Below are positions 1-11,376 of a DNA stretch of 64,000 nt, piece by piece (the stretch's first letter is position 1; each line of letters begins with the position of its first letter). The DNA is taken from assembly GCA_035221665.1 (NCBI GenBank), contig CM069140.1, positions 46,872,001 to 46,936,000 of the forward strand, in the 5' to 3' direction. Position numbers and translations under genes: made by a program. The notes beneath the pieces are model-generated. The model was not told the DNA's origin. It ran no database searches and worked only from the letters and a program-made list of their open reading frames with translations. Origin of the DNA: Okamejei kenojei. Lineage: Eukaryota.

Positions 1-1978
1 ACAATAATAGTTTTAAAAGAGAAGAACAAAGGATAGATTAAGAAGTTAGTATTGTGTATAAAGAAAGAAAAAACTACATCTAGAATTGTTGCAGTTAGTG
101 CTAGCCGTACTAGCATGGCTAACCATCTACCGACTTCCGTCGTTGATGTTAGTAACTTAACCAGCTCCCAGGTTTTTGGAATTATTATTCCATAATAATA
201 TTTTACCGGGGGTATAACATTAAAAAAAAGAAAGGGAAAAAAAAAGAAAAAATTATTCAAATTATAATAATTAAGGATATAAAAATACATATATTTAAAA
301 CTTATTTAAAAATCTAATTAATATAAAAAGGCAAAAAAGAAAAAAAAAAACCATAAAACAAAAAGGAAAACAAGAAGTAAAAATGAAAATTGCTGGTGTA
401 AAAGTCTCCAAATGAAATCCATCTCTATATTTGACTCTAATCATTCCAACATAGATAAACATTAATTATTAGTAATAATGAAATTATTTTAATTAGTAAA
501 AGTAATACGCTATAATTTTGTTATTTATTAGTTATATAATATTAGTAAAATTAATGATTAATAAAGATACCACGGTGTGACTTTAATATGTATTAGTTAT
601 TTATATTAGTAATTATTAGTATCCATGTGAGGTTTTCCAATCCGCATCTTTCTCCAGCTTCCATCCAGCGTTGTCCAATTCCATCCAATCCTGCGTTGTC
701 TTATGAAGTCTTGCAGAGTCTTGAAGATTCTTGTAAAGTCCATAAAAGTCAGTATATTCGATGGTAGGGGCTTCTCAGGTCTTGATCTGCCGGGCAAAGT
801 CCAGTGCTTCCGCTGGAGATTGGTGAAGAAATATTCTTGTTGTTGAAAGTAACTCTTAAAGTAGCTGGATAAGTCAGGCCGTATTTCAAATTTTCCACTC
901 CCCTCAGAAGACTTTTAGCCTCGTTAAATGCTTTCCGTTTCCTGGAAACTTCAGCTGGGTATCTCGGTAGATACAGATACCTTTGTCCTCTTACAAAATA
1001 CCAGGTTTCTGTTTCTCGAGGTTTTTCCGCCATTATCTCCTCCAAGACGTAGTCATATTGTATCTTTATAATCATTTGTCTTGGGGGGGGGCGTTTAGTC
1101 TTGTTTGACGTCTCCTCACTCTATGTGCACGGGCTAATAAAGGCTTTTGTTCCAGAGATAAAACGTGTTGCAGTAGGTTCGCAGTAAATTCTCGGGTGGA
1201 TCTTCATCTTTCTCTTCTCTGTCCTTCGGGAATACCCGCGATTCTTAGGTTTTGTCTTCTCTGGCGACCTTCTAGCCCTCAGTACATTTCTCAGTTATTT
1301 TAGTCAGTAAAATCCGTTAGACGTTCATTTTCAGTAACCAGCTTTGCTGTAGTCCCAAGCACATATGTACAGCTAGTTCTTCAAGGCTTTTTATACCAGC
1401 CGTCTGTGTGGTCCAGACCTTCTCCACAGGATTCAGCCTTTTTTTCAAAGTCAGTTTTGACCTTTTCAATTTTATCGTTCATCTCCTTTGACATTTCGTT
1501 CATCATTTCTGTGATTTCGTTTTCAGATCTTCCGATATTTTCTTAGTCTTATTATTAATATTGGAATTAGTTTCCAGTTGTAATTCTTTAATTGGAGGAG
1601 TGATTGTTCATCTGGTTTATTTTTCCTCCTTTAAACCAGCAATTTCACGTGAAATAAAAGTTTTCAGTTCTTCACTTTCAGTTTTTTTCCCCTGTTCTTT
1701 TCGATACATCTTCCTGGGATGAGGTCCTACCTGAGTCCGAGGCTTCAGTCAGGCCTTCTCCCGGTCTCTGCCTGGTTGGTTGAGTTTTCGATTTTTCGGT
1801 TGGGCTGCGTGTTGTAGACATAACTAGTCGCGCGCCTGATGACGTCACTCACAACAATCGCTGCAGAGACGGCAGGCAGCAGGCAGCAGGTAGGTCCGTT
1901 AATCCCCCGTTTTTTCCAGTTTTTTTCGCGGAGCTGGCTGGCGTTATCCTCTAGCCCTCCATAGCGCCACCGGAAGTC
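1..1978 (-). mobile_element. L1-clade LINE 5' part: 5'UTR, frameshifted ORF1 (~1821 to ~610) and AT-rich inter-ORF spacer; runs off the window start
   Basis: Minus-strand 5' end GACTTCCGGTGGCGC. The ORF fragment 749-1075 (KRKAFNEAK...LKYGLTYPATLRVTFNN) resembles the L1 ORF1p C-terminal domain. Candidate ATG at 1821. Confidence 0.8.
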
Positions 1979-2139
1979 GTAACCTGAAACTTAAACTAAA
2001 AAAAAATCTTTACTCAGCAGATCACGCAGATATAGCTGTAATATTCACTATGAATGGGGAGGTAGAGAAATCTGATTTTGTTTAGAGGGCTTTTCAATTC
2101 TTGTATCTGCATAATGTCTTAATAATTGTTCACCATTGG

Positions 2140-4270
2140 CATCATTAGTCAAGAGAGTGTATAATTGTCAAATGTGTTGACAATAGAACAATTAAGTTCT
2201 TATTTGCAGCAGCTTGACAGATCCTGAACGTAATGCACACAGATATCAATATAAATAATCAAAAAAATTCAGTAAACGTAATGCACACAGATTAAACAGT
2301 AATCAAAAAAAATTAATAACTGCACTGGAACAAAAAAATAAGTATGCAACCAAAGAGACGGTTCATCAATAGTCAATAGTTGAGGTTATTGTTGTGAAGC
2401 GTTTTAGAACCCGATGGTTGCTAGGAAGCTGTTCTTGAACCTGCTGATCAGTTTTCAGGATCCTGTACCTTCTTACTGATGATAGGAGTGAAATGCAAAC
2501 ATAGCCAGGGAGATATTGGCTGCCTTTTTGAGGTACTCCCAGGGCCGGATTTACGTATAAGCTAGACAAGTTTAAGCTTAGGGCCTCGAGATCTAGGGGG
2601 GCCTACTCACCTCGCTGCCTCACCAGACCCATCAAACTTCGCCGCCCCACCGACCGTCTGCCCACCGGGACCTCCTACCCTTTGCCCGCTGACCCTCGCC
2701 ACTCCATGCCCTCCAGCAGCCCACAGCTGTCGCCTTACCTGCAGCCTGGCCTGAAGCTTCCACGCTGCAGACTCCCACTCCCCCGGGTTTGACAGCGCTG
2801 GTTCCTAGTGCTAGTCAGCCAACCCTGGTAATCTCAGTAGTTATTCCACTGGGTCTTCTCCATTCCCCTCAAACCATGTGACCCCAGCTCTTCCCCACCC
2901 AAGGTAATTTAATTAAATAGATCCTGGAAAACCATTGGTGAAAAACCAGTCCAGGTATTAAATTTAGGGCTTCAGCCCCATCCTACCCTTTGGGCTTCTA
3001 AACTAACAACTGTGTGTTAGTTGTAAGTGCGTGATGTGTGTGTGGGAGGGAGGGAGAGAAGGATGGAAGGACAGGAGGGATGAAGGGAAGTAGAGAAAAG
3101 AGGAAAGGAGAGAAAGAAGGGATGGAGCGAATGAGAGAAGGGAAAAGAGAGAGGAAGGAGAGAAGGGAGGGAGGGAGGGAGGGAAGAAGGGAAGGAGGGA
3201 GGGAGGGAAGAAGGGAAGGAGAGAAGGGAGGGAGAAAGCCGGCGGCAGGAGCGGATGCCGGGTCTGGGCAGACGGGTGTGAGCTGAGGCCGAGGTTTGTA
3301 TATGTTGCTCCAACCCCCGGCCCGGCCCTCCCTGTATTGTTCACCTCATCTCCTCGGGGAGAGAGGGGTGGAGCCGGGGCTGTGCGTGAAGCACGGCGAC
3401 TGGATGGGCGGGAGCGCTGCCCTGGGACTGTGAGGGAACGACCCACCTCCCCCTCTCCATTTCCCCCTCCCCATCTACCCCTTTCTTCCCCCTCCACCCC
3501 TCTACTCTCTCTCCGCCCCTCTCTCCCCCCTTCACCCGGGGTACATCTACCCAAGCCGAGAGTAGATTGGGAGCAATCGGTCCAATCGGCTTAAGGCCGG
3601 CCCTGGCCTCACCTTTGTCCCCACCTCAATGAGTTCTGCACCCGCCGCGATTTGGAGCTCTTCTTTCATCGCCTCCGCCGCACACCGTTCTTCCATGGGA
3701 AGGAGTCCTCGCCCCCATTGATGATCCCTTTTCCCGTCTCCAACGGACCCCCTCCAAGAGGGAAGGACCCCCCCTCATGGCCAATGGTACAATGAAATTT
3801 GGGGGTCACCATCCGACGTCGGAACGGGAGAACATTCTCGGCCACTTCCTACCGGAGACCACGGCTCCCGAAGTCCACAGGCTGAGCTGGGTGCAGATTC
3901 ACGCTGGCGGCCCTCGGCAAAGGGATCCCAGGGCTCCGCGATGTTGAAATCATCGCAGCCCGAGGCAGGGAGTTCCGCAAACCACAGCTCCATGATGTTG
4001 AAGCAGCAGGCCCAACACTCCGCGGTGAATCCAATATGTATTTAAAAACCAACTGTTTAATGACAACATACAGTAGGATCTAAAAGTGTCACACTGTCAC
4101 TGTTGGGTAGTCATGGTCCTCTAGTCGTGGGTTGGAGATTGGGATGGGGGCCTCACAAGTGAAATAGCTTAGGGCTTCTTCATCTAAATCCGGATCTGGG
4201 CAAGCCATCTACACATCCCTTCGATGGTGAGGAGGTCAGTACATGACCAGACCACCTGTGTCTACCTGTA
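2140..4270 (-). mobile_element. Degraded Rex1/Babar LINE 3' fragment, split by the hAT MITE at 2540-4198
   Basis: 2140-2539 and 4199-4270 resemble the 3' region of the Rex1 copy at 12261-12700 (ctcctgtaccttct, cctttttgagg, cccttcgatgg). Confidence 0.65.
2540..4198 (+). mobile_element. Composite non-autonomous hAT-type element, copy 1 (~1.66 kb)
   Basis: TIRs CAGGGCCGGATTTA...TAAATCCGGATCTG. Degenerate 8-bp flanks GGTACTCC/GGCAAGCC. A second, inverted copy lies at 38471-40261. Confidence 0.85.
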
Positions 4271-4739
4271 ATCAGTTTAGAGGCTGATTTCAGTTAAAAT
4301 TACCCTGCTGCAAGTGGAATCCCTTAGCTTTGGCTCTTGGTAACCAAGATCTCCCCTGTGGAAGCTATTTGTGCATGTATTCCATTTGTAACCATGGCAC
4401 CTGTTAAACAATTGATCAAACACAAAATTAAATTAGGGAGAGTTACAAGAGACTATAGAATTTAAAGCAAAAATTAAACTGCTGGAAGAATCTCATTCTG
4501 ACCCCCAAATATGTCACGTCATTCATTCTTTCAGTCGCTCAAACTGTTTCTGTATTGGTCGACAGTGGTCCAGAAGCCTCCAACGATGTTACTTGAACTG
4601 TTGATTTACTCAGCACTTTACATTTTGTTATAATATATAATTAACCTGAAAAGTGGAGAAATATAAAAATACGGAAACAGAGAATACCAAAGTCGTACAG
4701 GCAACCCTGCGCTATGGAGGAGTAATCCCGCTTTCCAAT

Positions 4740-5288
4740 TTTTAGTTTTAGAAATACAGCATGGAAACAGGCTCTTCAACCACCATGTTCACGCCAACTA
4801 TTGATTACCTATTCACACTAGTTCTATGTCATCCCACTTTCTCATCCACTCTTTACACGCGGGGACAATTTGACCTACAAACCCAAAATAGACTCAAAAT
4901 GCCGGAATAATTCAGCAGGACAGGCAGCATCTCTGGAGAGAAGGAATGGGTGAAGTTTCAGATCAAAACCCTACTTCAGACTGAGAATCAGGGAGAGGGA
5001 GACATACAGATATGAAAGGGTAAGATGTGAAAACTAGATTAAAGGGGACGATGATCTAGGAAAATGTAGAATGGTTCATTGTTAGTTGAGGGTGAGTTAC
5101 TCCAGTATTTTGTGTCTATCTTCGGTGTAAACCAGCATCTTCAGTTTCTTCCTACAAATTTAACCTACGTCTTTCGGTTGTGGGAGCAAACAAGGGCGCC
5201 CAGGAGGAAATCCACACGGCAGAATCTGCAAACTCCAAGATAAGGCCTCTGATGCTGTGAGGCAGCAGCTCTATCAGCTGCGCCACCC
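4740..5288 (-). mobile_element. tRNA-derived V-SINE (HE1-like), interrupted by a Penelope 3' repeat at ~4885-5160
   Basis: Minus-strand head GGTGGCGCAGCTGATAGAGCTGCTGCCTCACAGC (A-box), V-domain-like core (ggagtttgca...), and a CR1-like tail ending in ctaaa repeats. Confidence 0.7.
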
Positions 5289-5389
5289 TTTAATGTTCTG
5301 TACACCGCAGAGTTTACAGGTGTGTAGGAACGAGTCAAGAGAGAAAACGAAAAAATAATCTTTGCACATATGGCTGTGCAGAATTCCAG

Positions 5390-5660
5390 GCTTGGCGGCG
5401 TCCTTGTTTACATTTCACCGGCACGGCCTCCTGCTCTGGAGCAGCAGAGTTACCCGCTCCTCTATAATCTTCCGAGTTACCCACCTTCGGCGCCCGGCGC
5501 GAGGCGTCGCGAGACTAGAGGCCGCATGTCACAAACGGTTTCGGCGCGCGAGGTTTGTGGGCGTTGCCGGGCTGTGGGAGTGAGGGCGGGGGGGCCGTCC
5601 CCTCTCCCATGGCACCAGCTCGCCCGGGAGGAATCATGCTACTCGAAAATTTATATCGAA
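5390..5660. promoter_or_regulatory. CpG-island promoter, probably bidirectional
   Basis: CpG-dense, non-repetitive sequence. TCGCGAGA (CGCG-element-like) at 5507-5514. Outward-facing candidate donors on the minus strand (AAG|GTGGGT, 5485/5484) and plus strand (GA|GTGAGG, 5579/5580). Lies ~300 bp upstream of the ATG exon. Confidence 0.7.
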
Positions 5661-5902
5661 TAACGACAAGTTGAATTACTCGAGACAAAAAAAAAAAAAC
5701 GAAAAAACAGAGGAAAAACGGAATAAAGAAAAAAAAAAACAGGAAAAAATCAAATAAAAACAAACACAAAAAAAAAAAAACGAACAAATAAGCAGCTAAA
5801 CGAAAAGAAAAGAAAAGAAAAAACAAGAACGATCGACACCAAATATAATATAATAAGAATAACTTTTTAAAATGACACACTGACCCCTGCCCTGTTGTGC
5901 AG

Positions 5903-6002
5903 ATGCCGTCAAACTTCAAAACATTGTTTCTTTGCATCCTCATTATTGAGATCAAACAGAGCCTGGCGTCGGCGAAGAAAGCGAACGCAGACACCGGCGT
6001 TG
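5903..6002 (+). CDS. Host gene coding exon 1: signal peptide (MPSNFKTLFLCILIIEIKQSLASAKKANADTGV)
   Basis: Branch point and acceptor ctgac...gtgcag immediately before the ATG. Hydrophobic core with an SLA/ASA cleavage-like motif. Donor TTG|GTAGGT, phase 1, matching the next exon. Confidence 0.75.
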
Positions 6003-6039
6003 GTAGGTCTCAATAACTTGATTTATTGGTATCTTTCTC

Positions 6040-6660
6040 TTTTTAGTAGTCTTGTATTAGGATTATTGCAATTTTTTATTTTTTTTCAGGGACAAATCTG
6101 GATGTAATTTTTTTGTGTACAGATATATAGCGCCTAATTTATAATAATTAGGATTGTGGTTTCTATTCCCCACCTTTAATTTCCCCAGTACATGCGATAG
6201 AACATAGTCTGTGTTTTCCAATGTCGTGGAAATTGGATTCACTTGGTAATTGACATCGTTTTAGGCATTCACAGGGGAATTATCAAAACGTGCCTCCTGG
6301 TGTATTACCATATGGGATATTACAGACATTAGCTCGTTTATTCCTCCTTGAGTGGTTTATGGACTGCACATTAGTTCCGCAATTTTCTGGCCAATTCCCT
6401 TTCACTGTATTTTTATATTTACAGCTGCTGATGCAATTGAAAATATTGTCTCTTGAGGTAGCAATCCGGACTTCGGTCTTGTAATTGGTCTGGAATATCC
6501 ACGCTTCATCTTTCTGCTTTGTTCTGCTTTTTGATCATTGATCATGTTCTTCCCAATTGTTCTAACCATCTCCACTGGTTGGTAGTAATTGTTACCAGAT
6601 TTTGCTCTTCCAGATTATGGACAGATATTTTGCTTCATTATGTACATTCATTTACCGTAC
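6040..6660 (-). mobile_element. Highly degraded L1/Tx1-like ORF2 3' fragment
   Basis: A Cys/His-containing remnant (CECLKRCQ...) and A-rich minus strand; weak support. Confidence 0.35.
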
Positions 6661-6740
6661 TTGTGCATGCCATTGGAGGCATACACAAAATGCTGGAGTA
6701 ACTCAGCGGGACAAGCAGCATCTCCTTAGAGAAGGAATGG

Positions 6741-6772
6741 GTGACGTTTCGGGTCGAGACCCTTCTTCAGAC
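6741..6772 (-). ncRNA. Minimal hammerhead ribozyme motif in a solo Penelope 3' repeat (~6680-6775)
   Basis: Minus strand reads GT-CTGAAGA-A-GGGT-CTCG-ACCC-GAAAC-GTC-AC: intact CUGANGA and GAAA core, stem II, palindromic ACGU helix III and a GUC triplet. Confidence 0.7.
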
Positions 6773-7010
6773 TAATAGGAGGCATATTGTCAACCGCCGA
6801 ATGGATCAGGCCTGGTAATGAGCCAAATTCCTTTCAGATTAAAGGATCTCCATTGCTACTCACACTGCATTTCTTCAATTTGACTTCTTCATCTCCTTTT
6901 AACTTGTCGTTAGTGGCTGTGAACTGCACTGCTGAGATTTTGGACTCCGAAATGTACTCCATTACTCCTTTGCTTTTTTAACTCTTTTAAAATAACCTTT
7001 CTGTCCTTTC

Positions 7011-7690
7011 AGTCTGAAGAACGGTCTCGACCCAAAACCTCACCCAATCCTTCTCTCCAGAGATGCTGCCTGGCCTGCTGAGTTACTCCAGCTTTTTGTG
7101 TCTATTTTCTGTCCTTGGCCTCCTCCATCGCCAGAGTGAGGCCACATACAAACTGAAGGATTGGCATTTCATGTTCCACTTGGGTAGCTTACAACCAGAT
7201 GGTAGGATTAATGAATTCTCCAATTTCAAGTAATACTCTTCCTATCGCCCACCCGTGCACACACATTTCTTCCACCTTCCTAGTCACCAATCTCCCATCC
7301 CCATTTCCCTTCTATATTTCCTCTGCTCCTTCCTCATTCCCATCCGTTCCATCTGTATCCCTACCTAAAAGTTTACATTTCACTCCTCTTCTCTCCATAT
7401 CTGACACCCTTTTGGCTCCTTTTCACCTGTAGCCTTTGTCACTTACTGCCATTCCACCCCACCACCACCACAACCACAACCACAACCTGTATCCACCTGT
7501 TACTTGCCAGGCATTATCCCACCTCTCCTCTCTTTTCTCTCCCCCTATTCGTATCAGTCTCAAGAAAAATCCCAACCCAAAATGTTGTCATCTGAACATT
7601 CCTTGCACAGATGTTGGCTGACCCACTGAGTTCCTTCAATGCTTTGTGCTTTGCTCAAGATCAAAGCAATTGCAGCTTCTTGCGTCTGTC
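7011..7690 (+). mobile_element. Penelope 3' repeat plus a degraded GIY-YIG C-terminus/3'UTR fragment
   Basis: Similar to 45090-45576. The hammerhead core at 7012-7043 is mutated (GAAA to AAAA). Confidence 0.7.
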
Positions 7691-8049
7691 TCTGATTCTC
7701 TTTCAAACCTAACCCTTTGAAATTTCACAGCCTTAGGGAATAGTTAAATTCAAGATGAATCTGTCAACTGAACAGTTTTGAACTGCATATCAGAACTGAT
7801 TTTAAGTAACAAACCATTTGAAACCATTGAAGTACAAGAGACTGCAGATGCTGGAATGTATAGCATGGAAAGAAGAGCAGCTGAAGGAACTCAGTTAATC
7901 AGGCAGCAGTACTGGAAGGAAAAGGACAGTCAATGTACATGATTGAGACCCTTCAACTAGACTCATTATCAGTCGAAATGAAGGATCTTATCCCGCCATA
8001 GATATTGCCTGACCCACAGAGTTCCTCCAGCTGCACTTTCAATAATCCA

Positions 8050-8984
8050 TCCACCAATTTGCAGATGACACAAAGCTGGGTGGCAGTGTGAACTGTGAGG
8101 AGGATGCTATGAGAATGCAGGGTGACTTGGACAGATTGGGGGAGTGGGCAGAGGCATGGCAGATGAAGTTTAATGCAGATAAATGTGAGGTTATCCACTT
8201 TGGGAGCAAAAACAGGAAGGCTGATTACTATCTAAATGGCGTCAAGTTGGGAAAAGGGGAAGTACAACGGGATCTGGGGGTCCTTGTACATCAGTCTATG
8301 AAAGTAAGCATACAGGTACAGCAGGCAGTGAAGAAAGTGAATGGCATGTTGGCCTTTTTAACAAGAGGAATCGAATATAGGAGTAAAGAGGTCCTTCTGC
8401 AGTTGTACAGAGCCCTAGTGAGACCACACCTGGAGTATTGTGTGCAGTTTTGGTCCCCTAATTTGAGGAAGGACATTCTTGCTATTGAGGGAGTGCAGCA
8501 TAGGTTTACAATGTTAATTCCCGGGATGGCGGGACTGTCATATGCTGAGAGGATGGAGCAGCTGGGCTTGTGCACTCTGGAGTTTTGAAGGATGAGAGGG
8601 GATTTCATTGAAACTTATAAGATCGTTAAGGGCTTGGACACGCTAGAGGCAGGAACCATGTTCCCGATGTTGGGGGAGACCAGAACCAGGGGCCACAGTT
8701 TAAGAATAAGGAGTACACCATTTAGAACGGAGACGAGGAAACACTTTTTCTTGCAGAGAGTGGTGAGTCTGTGGAATTCTCTGCCTCAGAGGGCGGTGGA
8801 GGCAGGTTCTCTGGATGCTTTCAAGAGAGAACTGGATAGGGCTCTTAAAAATAGCAGTCAAGGGATATGGGGAGAAGGCAGGAATGGGGTACTGATTGGG
8901 GATGATCAGCCATGATCACATTGAATGGCAGTGCTGGCTCGAAGGGCCGAATGGCCTACTCCTGCACCTATTGTCTATTGTCTA
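8050..8984 (+). mobile_element. 5'-truncated CR1 LINE (RT C-terminus and 3'UTR)
   Basis: FADDTKL; WQMKFNADKCEVIHFG; LVRPHLEYCVQFWSP; tail (ctattgt)n. Confidence 0.95.
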
Positions 8985-9399
8985 AGACCATGGCTGGTCC
9001 AATTTTGAGTTCAACATTACCTAACCCTTAACTCCCTGGTAGTTTAAATATTAGTCAATATGCCATGAATGTATTTAATGGCTCTCCCTCCATCACCCTC
9101 TGAAGTTGAGAATCTCAAAGCTTCAAAACAGAAAAAATCCTCCTGATTTCAGTTTCAAATGGTTGATCCTATTCCGAACATATGTCTCCTACTTGCATCC
9201 TCTCATCTATTTTTCAGTCCCCCACAATTAGATATGTGTAAATTATATCATCTATAGGGGAGTAAACTTGAAGTGCAGGAGACCCAGGTGGTTGTGCTTA
9301 ATGAAAACAGGTAAGGCGTCTTTGGCGCTGTTGGGAGAAACGACGCTTCCAGGTCGGTGGCTCCAATCTTAGGGATGAGACTTGACTGATGAGACCGAC

Positions 9400-9480
9400 G
9401 TCGGGTAGAGCTATGGTGACTCCATTGTCCAAGGTGGGGACTGGAGATTCTGTGGCGGCAGGCAAGACTTGAGGATGGTC
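9400..9480 (+). mobile_element. CR1 ORF1 (SGNH esterase-like) fragment
   Basis: Translates as GDSIVQGGDWRFCGGRQDLRM. Confidence 0.55.
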
Positions 9481-9499
9481 AGTTGGTTTGAACAAAAAC

Positions 9500-10245
9500 A
9501 AAACATTGAGTTTGAACAAAATTACGTACCTTGCAGTCATGACGGAGGATAAAATAACAGAACACACAATGAACACAGTTTAACATCCACCACAGTGAGT
9601 CTACCAGGCACCTCCACACTGTGATGGAAGGCAAAAGTCTTAAAGTCCTTGTCTCTTCCTTCCTTGTTGTCCCTCTTCGTTGAGGCAATTCAGGCTTTCG
9701 ATGTTGGCCTCCCCGCTGGGTGATGGTAAGTCCCGCGGCCAAATCCGAGCTCCATGAATGGGCTGGTTTAAATCCGCGGCCCGGGGCGAACGAAGCTGCC
9801 ACCCTCCAGTCCAGCGGACGAAGCTGTTGTTGTGGGAGCTCCGGAGAATCTGTCGCCAACCTGGGACTTGCAAGCTCCCGATGTTGTGGTACACTGGGTC
9901 CGCGGCCGAAGGCTCCGAAGTCGGGCCGCCGCTGCAGGCCACCACAGCCCCAAAGTCAGCCAGCTTCGCGATGGTGAGTCCTGGCTATGCCTCCGGAGCC
10001 TCGAGGCCAGCCCCAGTTGGAGGCCACCAGCTCCGCGATTAGGCCTCAGCGCAGACGGAAACATAGACGGAGATACCACAGAGAAAAGGTCGCATCCCCC
10101 CGAAGGAAGAAACTATAAAAAGTTTCCCAAACCCCCCACACATACACAACTAAAAATAAACTAAAACATACGTCCAACAAGACAAAAGAAAACAAACAAA
10201 CAAAAAGACAGACGGACTGCAAGCGAGCCGCAGCTGCTTGGGCAC
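9500..10245 (-). mobile_element. GC-rich non-autonomous retroposon with a hairpin near its 3' end
   Basis: Shares the ccatcacagtga...cactgtgatgg hairpin and GC-rich body with 11377-12112, 18960-19520 and 35610-36000. Confidence 0.7.
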
Positions 10246-11376
10246 TGATGTGCCTTCCCAAGCACCCATTTGCCCTGACAGTATTACAGTCACAGGCACA
10301 GAGGCCGACGTCAGAAGATCCTTCGGGGGGTGAAACCCCGGAAAGCACCTGTACCTGATGGTATACCCGGTCGAGTTCTCAAGACTTGTGTAGACCAACT
10401 GGCGGGAGTTTTTGTCGACATTTTCAACCTCTCACTTACATAGAAACATAGAAAATAGGTGCAGGAGGAGGCCATTCAGCCCTTTGAGCCAGCACTGCCA
10501 TTCAATATGATCATGGCTGATTGTCTGAGGTCTGAGGTTCCCACCTGCTTTATAAGGGCATCAATAATACGGCTGCCCAAGAAGAGTAAGGTGACGTGCC
10601 TCAATGACTATCGACCAGTGGCACTAATGTTTGTGGTGATGAAGTGCTTTGAGAGGTTGGTTATGGTGCACATCAACTCCTACCTCAACAAGAACTTCGA
10701 CCCACTACAGTTCGCATACCGCCACAATCTTATCTTATCTTATCTTAACAGGTCAATGGAGCATGCAATTTTACTGGCAGTCCACTCTGCATTCGATCAC
10801 TTGGACAATAAAAACACTTACGTCAGGCTGCTGTTCATAGACTACAGCTCGGCGTTTAATACCATCGTCCCTTCCAAGGTGGTTACCAAGCTCACAGAAA
10901 TGGGCCTCTGCGCATCCCTCTGCAATTGGATCCTCAACTTCCTTATCCACAGACCACAGTCTGTTCGAATTCGAGGAACCACTTCATCCTCAGTAAGAAT
11001 TAGTACGGAGCACCTCAAGGCTGCGTGCTCAGCCCCCTGCTTTACTCGCTCTATACCCATGACTGCGTAGCCGGACAAAATGCAAACTCCATCAAGTTCG
11101 CCGACGACACCATTGTGGTTGGACGAATCACAGATGGGGACGAGTCAGAGTATAGAAGAGAGATCGACCGACCAAATGGTGCCAGCACAACAACCTGGCT
11201 CTCAACATCAGTAAGACCAAGGAATTGATTGTGGACTTTGGTAGGAGAAGGATGAGGACCCACAATCATGCTCATATCAATGGGACGATGGTGGAAAGGG
11301 TCAATAACCTCAAACTCCTGGGGTGTGCATATTTCCAAAGATCTTTCCTGGACCCAGCACACCGATGCATTTATAA

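Noticed and set aside
3003-3594. Long Pro/Ser/Leu- and Gly/Arg/Glu-rich ORFs (also at 39134-39815)
   Set aside because: They arise from GA-rich low-complexity tracts inside the composite MITE and are open on both strands.
5515-5994. 159-aa Phe-rich ORF resembling a membrane protein
   Set aside because: It is the reverse read of an A-rich tract in the presumed first intron, antisense to the real exon.
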